DNA from: a virus
Reading direction: 5' to 3' (one strand)
IMG/VR virus record: IMGVR_UViG_3300028394_000057
Location: 27,336-91,335 of that record
Length of the DNA stretch: 64,000 nucleotides
The first letter of the stretch is position 1, and each line of letters starts with the position of its first letter. Positions 50,349 through 57,823 of this stretch are shown here, in pieces. The notes under the pieces were generated by a model. It did not search any database, had not been told where the DNA came from, and saw only the letters and a list, made by a program, of their open reading frames with translations. The position numbers and the translations under genes are program-made.

Positions 50349-50565
50349 CACTTAGCCACTCATCACAAACTGAACAAGCCCACTCTAAGTTTTCTGCTTG
50401 TGTAAAATCGTGGTCGTTCTTCTCAAACCACTCTGCGAAACTAGGTCTGTTCCAATCAGCACAACTGTCAAGGTAGTTGTAAAAGTGTTCGTCAAAACTT
50501 TCGTTATCTACAACAACCATACCTTCGCTATCGCCATAACTTCCGTCAAATGCTACATACAACAT
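50338..50565 (-). CDS. Acidic hypothetical protein
   Basis: YVAFDGSYG; AAGGAG RBS; TTGACT-17-GATAAT promoter. Confidence 0.6.
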   Translation of the reverse strand: MLYVAFDGSYGDSEGMVVVDNESFDEHFYNYLDSCADWNRPSFAEWFEKNDHDFTQAENLEWACSVCDEWLSDVS

Positions 50566-50908
50566 AGGGGTTCTCCTTCTTTATCTTATAATCCATTATC
50601 CCAGAAAATCAGGGAAAAGTCAAGGCTATTCGTAAATGAGTTATGGGTTTGTTATCAAAATCGCTGCGCAGCCTTTCGCCTACTATTGTAGGAAAAAGAC
50701 TACTAAGATTATTAGTATTAGTGTGCCGATTATCTGTAATGTATTCATACTCAATTATCTCACGATTGTCTTAGTAAGTCAAGAGCCTTTTTGTGTTCCA
50801 TGATGTCTGCACAATAGCGACACAAATCAGTTCCTTCCCAATTTTCGTCAATACATGCAACAGGGTCATTGTCATCTTCTACATTTTGACATGCAATCCA
50901 AGCCATTT

Positions 50909-51427
50909 TTACAACTCCACTTCTTCGTCATTGTGAGTAAAGTAATCATTAGAGCAGTCAATACACATACCCAGTTCTTCAGCGTGTATGTCTTTAGACA
51001 TTAGTTCTCCACAGTTATCACAAGGCAGGGTATGAACAAAATCAAAATCAAAATAAGCACCCATTGGCTCATCGTGAGAGCCACGCCTAGCAGTTAGTTT
51101 CTTGTTTGGAATGTCAAGTGTCCAAGTGATAGTGAAATCTCCGTTGATAGTCAAAATACTATCAAGTTTATCAAGCGTAGTTTTAGCAGAGCCTTCCAAG
51201 TTTTGCCAAGTCATTCTTCTGCCCTTGATTAGAATAAAGTCATCTTCTGCAATCTCATTTAGTTTCTGCCACTCACCAATAACATAAGCGGTATCTTCTT
51301 TCTGCATCTCATAGCAATCGCCATAGCAGTATTCCATAGGCACAAACTCGCCTAGTTCTTCGTTGTAATCTTCGCAAGTGCAATCTGAAGATAGTGTTGC
51401 AATCATTACATCTAAGTTCTGTTCCAT
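50909..51427 (-). CDS. Hypothetical protein with SHDEP motif
   Basis: Start reset to 51427 (AAAGGAAA RBS after boxed promoter 51469); W....G, GDFT, SHDEPMG. Confidence 0.6.
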   Translation of the reverse strand: MEQNLDVMIATLSSDCTCEDYNEELGEFVPMEYCYGDCYEMQKEDTAYVIGEWQKLNEIAEDDFILIKGRRMTWQNLEGSAKTTLDKLDSILTINGDFTITWTLDIPNKKLTARRGSHDEPMGAYFDFDFVHTLPCDNCGELMSKDIHAEELGMCIDCSNDYFTHNDEEVEL

Positions 51428-51458
51428 TAGGGTTTCCTTTTCTTTTGATAATACTATT

Positions 51459-51572
51459 TTACTTGATACCACTGACATTATGACAATCGCAAGAGCAACA
51501 ATTACAATCACTAAAATTGTCATTACAGGTAGCGTGATAACCTAAATCACATCTAGGGGTAATGTAAATCAT
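51459..51572 (-). CDS. 37-aa Cys-rich micro-protein (not in track)
   Basis: MIYITPRCDLGYHATCNDNFSDCNCCSCDCHNVSGIK; GAAAGGA RBS after boxed promoter 51609. Confidence 0.5.
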   Translation of the reverse strand: MIYITPRCDLGYHATCNDNFSDCNCCSCDCHNVSGIK

Positions 51573-51967
51573 AGTCTTCCTTTCTTGATAATACTATTTT
51601 ACACCTAACCACTGACATTGGCGGTATTTAGGGGGAGTTTCGTATGTATCGTAACATAAGCGTTACAATCGGGTGCGCAGCCCGAAGGCTACCGTTTATA
51701 GGTAATCGAAAACATCTCCGTCAAATCTGGATGTTTCTAGTTCTTCCATTAGTTGAAAAACATCTATTTCGCCATTGTGATACTGGTCAAATAGTTCTTG
51801 GGCTTCTTCCATTTATCTCTCCTTGTTTGATAATACTATTATAGAACTAACCACTGACATTGCAGGGGTCATCACATTCAGCGTCATGTTCGTGGTCACA
51901 CACATAACAAACCATGAACTCATTTAGGTCTTCTGGGTCGTAGTCATCTAAACATTCTTTACAGGTA

Positions 51968-52267
51968 TTAAGCATTTAGCACACTTTCTACGATGTAGTC
52001 TTCTAAACCAAAATACTTTACTAAGTCAATAGCAGGAACTCCGTCTTCGCCTGTCAAATCTGGCAGGGTATTTAGAATAATAGGTTGATTAGCATTATCT
52101 CCATTTACAAAGTCAAGAGCAAATACCATTTCTTCTGCCAACTCTCTAAGGTCAATACGATTACCATAAGTAGAGCGTAAGCCCTTACCAATAAAGATTT
52201 GATATATTTGTTCTTCTAGGGGATAACTCTCAATGCCTAGTAGATTTAGTTTAGTTGATTTAGCCAT
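51968..52267 (-). CDS. Hypothetical protein
   Basis: AAGGAG RBS. Confidence 0.55.
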   Translation of the reverse strand: MAKSTKLNLLGIESYPLEEQIYQIFIGKGLRSTYGNRIDLRELAEEMVFALDFVNGDNANQPIILNTLPDLTGEDGVPAIDLVKYFGLEDYIVESVLNA

Positions 52268-52437
52268 TAGTTATACTCCTTGATAGCCTTGATGATGTTT
52301 GATTTGCGACTACCCTTGCGAGTGGCAGGAGTAGCGACTAGGTGCTTATTTAGCAACAGACTTCTAAAAAGTTCTGCCGAGTGAGCGTTGCGAGTAGCCT
52401 GTGCTACTTTATTTAGTGGTGGCTTTCTTTTCTTCAT
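52267..52437 (-). CDS. Small basic protein
   Basis: Leaderless MKKRKPP after boxed promoter 52457. Confidence 0.55.
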   Translation of the reverse strand: MKKRKPPLNKVAQATRNAHSAELFRSLLLNKHLVATPATRKGSRKSNIIKAIKEYN

Positions 52438-52716
52438 AGTCCTATTATACATTACACCACTGACATTGTGGGGATTTGGGAAACATTTCATAACTATCGT
52501 AACTCAATTGTGACCTTTCGGGTGCGCAGAAAAATTGCCACCCCGAAGGGTAGCAATCAAAACCTAAAAAGGTTTGAGTGTGTCTATTGTTCTAGACAAC
52601 TTGACGATAACATCTTTTTGGTTATCAACAATTTTCTTATACTGACTAAGCAAATAACTCTGCCAGAATAAATAACCAACTAGAATAACTCCAATAACTG
52701 CGAATACAATTTCCAT

Positions 52717-52905
52717 TTATCTCTCCCAACAAGCGTCAAAAAACTTACCAGATAAAAATCTGTCGTTGTCATTTTTGAACATCTCAGCAAACTCATTTAC
52801 TAAATCGCTAAAAATCTGCTCACCCTCTAAACCCAAACTTTCAAGAGCAGGTCTAAATGCTGAGAGTATGTCAGCAGTTTCAACATAGTCCTTGCGTGTC
52901 ATCAT
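52717..52905 (-). CDS. Hypothetical protein
   Basis: MMTRKDYV..A.IL...F..DN.RF...KF..AC motif. Confidence 0.6.
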   Translation of the reverse strand: MMTRKDYVETADILSAFRPALESLGLEGEQIFSDLVNEFAEMFKNDNDRFLSGKFFDACWER

Positions 52906-53114
52906 TAGTTATCTTCCTTACCTGCGTTGATTAGGATTGTGATTAGTTCTTGGCGTTCTTCGGTTGATAATTCCAAAGCCAGTTCTAATGCGTGGCTTGT
53001 TCCGTGTCCAGTGTGATTGCGAGTTCTGATTGTTAGATTGAACCAGTTTTCACTTCCAAAACTAAAACCGCCAAAAGTGTATCTTTCATTTTTATTTTCC
53101 ATTTTATTTTCCAT
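52905..53114 (-). CDS. Hypothetical protein
   Basis: Boxed promoter 53145. Confidence 0.55.
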   Translation of the reverse strand: MENKMENKNERYTFGGFSFGSENWFNLTIRTRNHTGHGTSHALELALELSTEERQELITILINAGKEDN

Positions 53115-53154
53115 TTCTTCTTGATGTTATTATTATACAACCTACCACTGACAT

Positions 53155-53331
53155 TTAGAGTTGGTCAGCAGTATAGTCTTTTAGTTCTTCACGCCAATCG
53201 TCAGGGTCTTCACCCAGATAGTTCAGGGTATCCAAGTTTAGTGGCATTACGCCATCATAGTCTTTACAGGTATAGCAGATGTGGTCATCTATGCTAAATA
53301 GGGAGTAGCAAAATACGCAGATGTTTTTCAT
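53155..53331 (-). CDS. Zinc-finger micro-protein (58 aa, not in track)
   Basis: MKNICVFC...ICYTCKDYDGVM. Confidence 0.6.
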   Translation of the reverse strand: MKNICVFCYSLFSIDDHICYTCKDYDGVMPLNLDTLNYLGEDPDDWREELKDYTADQL

Positions 53332-53748
53332 TTATTTCTCATTTCTTTTCTTGATAATACTATTATACCCCCTACCACCGACATTTGGCAATAGGCAATT
53401 TTCGGGGCGCAGGTCTGCGCACCCCGAAGGGTAATGAGTTAGCAATCTCCGAAGAGTTCACTCTCAACAGTAGACCAGTCATCTTCATACTCGTTCAGGT
53501 CTTGGTCGCCCTCATAGTCATCAGACTCGTAGTTATCGCTGTATAGTAGCATAGTTGCCTTTCTTGGTTGATAGAATAATTATACTTTGAACCACTGACA
53601 TCGGGGAAAAACCAGGAGAAACGTAATTACCTTCGTAAATCGTTTCGGGGCGCAGGTTAGCGCAGAAAGTTGCGCAGAAATTTTGGTGCAATTATTTATT
53701 GTATAAAATAAATAACTACAACCAAAACTAAAACTACACAAATAAAAA

Positions 53749-53949
53749 TCACTCTTCATCTTCCTGCTCTTGCAAGAAATCAATATATTCATCAACAGAA
53801 ATTTGATACATGATTGGGTCGCAGTTTGCAAGAATTTGAGATGCATAAAAATCTGAGTATCCAATTTTGTAAGGTGGATAAAGTTCGTCTAGCATTTCGT
53901 CATGCATGGCTTCTAGTTCTTCTTGGCTGTGCTGTTCTCTAATGTCCAT
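53749..53949 (-). CDS. Acidic hypothetical protein
   Basis: DEMLDE.Y...KIG...F.AS.IL..CDPI.Y. Confidence 0.6.
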   Translation of the reverse strand: MDIREQHSQEELEAMHDEMLDELYPPYKIGYSDFYASQILANCDPIMYQISVDEYIDFLQEQEDEE

Positions 53950-54034
53950 TAGTTTTGCTCCTCTGCTTGATAGTTGAAAAGATAATCTAAAAATTCTTCT
54001 AGTGCTTGACTTTGTAGTGTGTGAAAACTTAGCA

Positions 54035-54235
54035 TTAGTTTTGCTCCTTGTTTTTGTCTAGTTGGTAAAGTGAACCTAGCGTATAGGCTTGGTCAAATAT
54101 TTGTCTAAAGTTTACAACTTGATAAATGTCAATGCCAGCATCATCAGCATAAGATTTTACCTTATTCCAATAAGTCCAAAAGTCTTGCTCACGCTTGGCG
54201 TAAAACTTTTCCATATTATCCATTTTATTTTCCAT
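54035..54235 (-). CDS. Hypothetical protein
   Basis: Boxed promoter 54263. Confidence 0.5.
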   Translation of the reverse strand: MENKMDNMEKFYAKREQDFWTYWNKVKSYADDAGIDIYQVVNFRQIFDQAYTLGSLYQLDKNKEQN

Positions 54236-54750
54236 TTCTTTAGATTTCAATTATACAACTAACCACTGACATTTATCCTAGCGGACACGCTTGGCTTCAG
54301 GGTGTTCAATTAGAAATAACATTAGGTCTAATTGGTGAATAGCAGAAATAACGGTTTCTCCGTTGCTAGTGTATTCAAATAGGGTGTATCTCTTGCTAGG
54401 GTTTTTGTGTAATCTCATTAGTTATCTTTCTTTTTAGTTAGTTCAATTATAGCGGATACCACTGACATCTTACCAGCGGTAAGCGTGTTCGTGTTCATTC
54501 ACTAACTTTTCAAACTCTTCGCTTGTAGCGAACTCAATTACAGTTCCACACTTGGCACATTCGGCAGTATCTTTACTCAATTTATTTCTCATTTCTTTTT
54601 ATCTACTTACAGTATAAACCTAACCACTGACATTTAGGCGGACAAACACACATTTTTATGCCTTTATAACAATAGTGTTATAAATGTTTTTCGGGCGTGT
54701 CGTTCGGGGCGCAGAAAATTTTGGGTAGTTAGCCCAAAACTTTTTTACTT

Positions 54751-54969
54751 TTACTTTTTGCGTGAGCGAATTATAAATACTAACGCTAAAATAAATGCTA
54801 AGATAAAAAACTGAACGCTTACAAATCCCCAAATACCAGACTGAACTTTATCAGTAGCGTCATCAGTAAATACTGATAAATAATTTAGAGTGTCAGAGAT
54901 GAAGAAAGAAAAGATACCAGCAATCAACGCTGACATTACAATTCCAATTTTTAGAAAGTTTTTTTCCAT
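54751..54969 (-). CDS. Small two-TM membrane protein
   Basis: Two hydrophobic helices, basic tail. Confidence 0.55.
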   Translation of the reverse strand: MEKNFLKIGIVMSALIAGIFSFFISDTLNYLSVFTDDATDKVQSGIWGFVSVQFFILAFILALVFIIRSRKK

Positions 54970-55285
54970 TAGTTATTTTCCTTTTTGTCAGTTTTGATTT
55001 GAGAGATAAAGTCTTCTCTCATTGACTTTTGGATTTCTGCCAAAGCAATTTTCCAGTCTTCCATTATTTATTCTCCATCTTATTTACAATTTGAGCAATC
55101 AACGCTTTTTGCTTTTGAGTTAGTTGTCCAAAACATAGACCATAAGCATAGGCAACAGGATTTTCACCAGCAACGCCATCTTTTAGTCTTAGTTCGTTCA
55201 TTAGTCTAAAAGTGTCAAAGTCTTTATCTAACATTTATTTTCCTATTCTTTTCTTACTTACAATTATACAGGATACCACTGACAT

Positions 55286-55444
55286 TTATTCAGCAGTTTC
55301 CAATTCATCAGCATACATTTCAGCAATAAAGTCATACTCTTTTACTGCCTTGCTGATTTCCATTAGACCATCATACTCTTTACAAGTAGGGCAGATGTAA
55401 GCCCAAGTTTTAGTTCCGTCATAGACACAGATAATTCCAACCAT
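55286..55444 (-). CDS. Zinc-finger-like micro-protein (52 aa, not in track)
   Basis: MVGIICVYD...ICPTCKEYDGLM; similar to 53155-53331. Confidence 0.55.
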   Translation of the reverse strand: MVGIICVYDGTKTWAYICPTCKEYDGLMEISKAVKEYDFIAEMYADELETAE

Positions 55445-55642
55445 TTTTTTTATTTCCTATTCTTTTTGTAGATTATTATTTAGTTATGCTTTTTAGTTTT
55501 GCGAACATTGCCATAAGTTCATCAAACTCACTTGCGAGCATTGTGTCGCTTTCAGCGATAGCCATTAGTTCTTTGTATCTTGCTTTGATTTCGTAGTTGG
55601 TCATTTGTTAGTCCTTTCTTTGACTACTATTACACTACCAGC

Positions 55643-55871
55643 GACCACTGACATTTAGGGGATGTTTAGGGGTGTGTTGCTATTTCGTTATCGAACTGTT
55701 ATTTTTTGCCTAGTAGATACTTTACAAGGTTCTTTTCAGCAGTAGTTAGGGGGATACCTGCTCTGGCATACTTAGCAAGCATTATGGTTAGTTCTGTCTT
55801 TTTATCTTTCATAGTATTACTATACACTAGACCACTGACATTTAGGGGATGTTTAGGGGTGTGTTGCTATT
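55643..55871. repeat. 42-bp exact direct repeat flanking a one-gene cassette
   Basis: GACCACTGACATTTAGGGGATGTTTAGGGGTGTGTTGCTATT at 55643-55684 and 55830-55871. Confidence 0.9.
55699..55812 (-). CDS. 37-aa basic micro-protein (not in track)
   Basis: Leaderless MKDKKTELTIMLAKYARAGIPLT... Confidence 0.5.
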   Translation of the reverse strand: MKDKKTELTIMLAKYARAGIPLTTAEKNLVKYLLGKK

Positions 55872-56176
55872 ATGTTATCTATTTGTTATACTTGGGGGCG
55901 CAGCCCGAAGGCTAGACCCTAGTAGTCAGAGTCATCAGCAAACCAATCATCACCGCCTATGTATGGCGAGTAAGCCACACCTGTAACCTCATCACGCCCA
56001 CACTTGTGGTCTTTGCTGAATGGAAGAGAAACCCAGCCCTCGCAAGAGTCGCAGAAAATGTGCTTCATAGTTTTTACCTTTCGTTATAAGATAACCTTAG
56101 CAGAACTAACATACATTGTCAATAGCAACACACCTATCGTTATCATCTTGTTACATATCGGGGGGCGCAGAAAAAT

Positions 56177-56251
56177 TGGGGTGTCTAGAGAGAATTGAAC
56201 TCTCATTGCTTAGACCACAACTAAGCGTTCTACCATTGAACTATAGACACC
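56177..56251 (-). tRNA. tRNA-His(GTG) with encoded G-1 and CCA
   Basis: G-GTGTCTA / TAGACAC-C-CCA; CTTAG-TTGTGGT-CTAAG anticodon arm; GTTCAATTC T loop. Confidence 0.9.
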
Positions 56252-56277
56252 ATATTTTATTTAGTATTGTTATTGCG

Positions 56278-56386
56278 TGGTCTAAGTGAGTTACGCTCTC
56301 ACACTCTTACAATCTAGTAGGTGCTTATCTGTTTTACCAGTGTAGCGTTCCTATCGCTGTTGTCGCTCTCTATGAGCCATTAGACC
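56278..56386 (-). ncRNA. tRNA-like RNA with expanded anticodon region
   Basis: GGTCTAA/TTAGACC-A acceptor, GCTC/GAGC D stem, GTGAG-N7-CTCAC T-like arm. Confidence 0.55.
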
Positions 56387-56507
56387 TTATTTAGTTATCA
56401 ACTTTTATTTCTTATAGTATTACTATACACCTAACCACTGACATTTGACGCACCAACACACCTTTATTACATTTCGTTATCAATTAGTTATAATTGGGGG
56501 CGCAAAG

Positions 56508-56585
56508 GGTAGCGTGTAGGTACAAATGTATTTAACAAAGGGTAGCGTGTACCCTCTGTGTGCTCACTATAAGTGGTAGCGTGTA
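56508..56585. repeat. Three GGTAGCGTGTA direct repeats
   Basis: At 56508, 56541, 56575 (33-34 bp period). Confidence 0.8.
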
Positions 56586-56679
56586 CCCTACATATCATGT
56601 ATCATACACATTAGCAAAATATTCAGATTTTGTTAAATATGATTTTAAAATATTTTTCAGATTTTGGCGGTATGTATGT

Positions 56680-56904
56680 TTACTGTCTTTTGACAAAGTA
56701 TGAACCATAACTATCGTGTTTAACATACCAGTATGATTTACATTTGTTGCATTGCCAATCTTGTTTTGGATGAAAGTATTGTACATATGGTACTTTGCAG
56801 TGGTGTATTTTGTTTTCTGTGTCTCTAAATTTGATTTGGTGATGTAGATAAGCAAATATGCCTATAAATATTAATATAGATAACGATATGATAACGATTT
56901 CCAT
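56680..56904 (-). CDS. Small membrane-anchored Zn-ribbon protein
   Basis: N-terminal TM, HHC..P...WQCNKC. Confidence 0.5.
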   Translation of the reverse strand: MEIVIISLSILIFIGIFAYLHHQIKFRDTENKIHHCKVPYVQYFHPKQDWQCNKCKSYWYVKHDSYGSYFVKRQ

Positions 56905-57086
56905 TATGGTAACCTAATTTCTGGGGTATTGCGAAGCAACCCATGCTTTATCAGCCACCAGTTAATAAGTTTATACGACACTTTACTCTGATTGGCTATA
57001 TCCTTTGATGTCATCTTGGCTGCTATGCATGCTTCAAGATATTCTTTTGATTCGTAATGTTTGATGTACGGAACTTTTTCTTCCAT
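56904..57086 (-). CDS. Small HTH protein
   Basis: Y.SKEYL......MTSKDIA....VS...I..WL.KHGL; resembles 19906-20061. Confidence 0.55.
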   Translation of the reverse strand: MEEKVPYIKHYESKEYLEACIAAKMTSKDIANQSKVSYKLINWWLIKHGLLRNTPEIRLP

Positions 57087-57304
57087 AAGTCTCTCTCTTT
57101 CGGTAGATTTATAGTATATCATATTTTGGGGGTATCTGTGTTAGGAAGCATAGGTTCTAATCGCTCTATGGGGCATTTAAACCCCTATTTGACCTATCTG
57201 GCAACTTTGTTGCATACTGGGAGATATGAGGGTTTGGTGTCTCACATTTTTACCGTTTTAAAAAACTCAAAACACTCAAAAGATAGTGTATAATTATTTA
57301 TATT

Positions 57305-57598
57305 ATGACAATTACAGATTGGGCAGGTTTAACACTAACCGCATTATCTATCATCGCTATTATTATTGGCGGAATCAAATGGTTCATTACCGCAGAAATT
57401 AAAGTCCTATCAACCGAACTTAAAAATAATTTATCAGAACTCAAGCCTAATGGTGGGTCATCTATGAAAGACCAGGTATCACGACTAGAGGAAAAGTCTC
57501 ATAAATTAGAAGATAAAATCGACAACCTTTATAACGTTCTTATAAACGAAGGTGTCAAAACTAACAAAACTAAAAAATCAGAAAATAACGAACTTTGA
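57305..57598 (+). CDS. Membrane protein with coiled coil
   Basis: TM helix; ELKPNGGSSMKDQV.RLE. Confidence 0.65.
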   Translation: MTITDWAGLTLTALSIIAIIIGGIKWFITAEIKVLSTELKNNLSELKPNGGSSMKDQVSRLEEKSHKLEDKIDNLYNVLINEGVKTNKTKKSENNEL

Positions 57599-57823
57599 TT
57601 ATTATTATATAATATATAAACTATTAAGTAAATTATTATATTAATATATAGATATAGCCCTAAACCTTTATAGTTTAGAGGGTATCACACTTTTTGTGAT
57701 TTGTCAAATGAAAATAAAAATCCCTACAAAATGATATAATTTATCATATAGAGCCAGTGTCTGATACTCTCTCTCATACCCACTTCAGGCACTGGTTCTT
57801 TATTTATAGTGTATAATGTTTAT

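Larger units (their letters stand above)
44753..56446 (-). repeat. 20 dispersed copies of promoter box AATGTCAGTGG-N7-TATAAT
   Basis: Plus-strand CCACTGACA (or 1-nt variant) starting at 44767, 45923, 46261, 49176, 49608, 50139, 51469, 51609, 51851, 52457, 53145, 53375, 53592, 54263, 54459, 54624, 55276, 55645, 55832, 56435. Confidence 0.9.

Noticed and set aside
46416-52491. Long N-terminal starts in the ORF track (47522, 48460, 51523, 52491)
   Set aside because: They run through promoters; downstream starts with RBS or leaderless context fit better
56278-56386. tmRNA or intron-containing tRNA
   Set aside because: Too short for tmRNA, no tag ORF or G3-U70 pair; insert far too small for a group I intron
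44753-56446. CRISPR array interpretation of the CCACTGACAT repeats
   Set aside because: Repeats are short, irregularly spaced (140-2900 bp), tied to -10 boxes and separated by ORFs
44753-56446. Classical integron
   Set aside because: No tyrosine integrase in the window and no attC-type inverted structure; cassettes carry their own promoters
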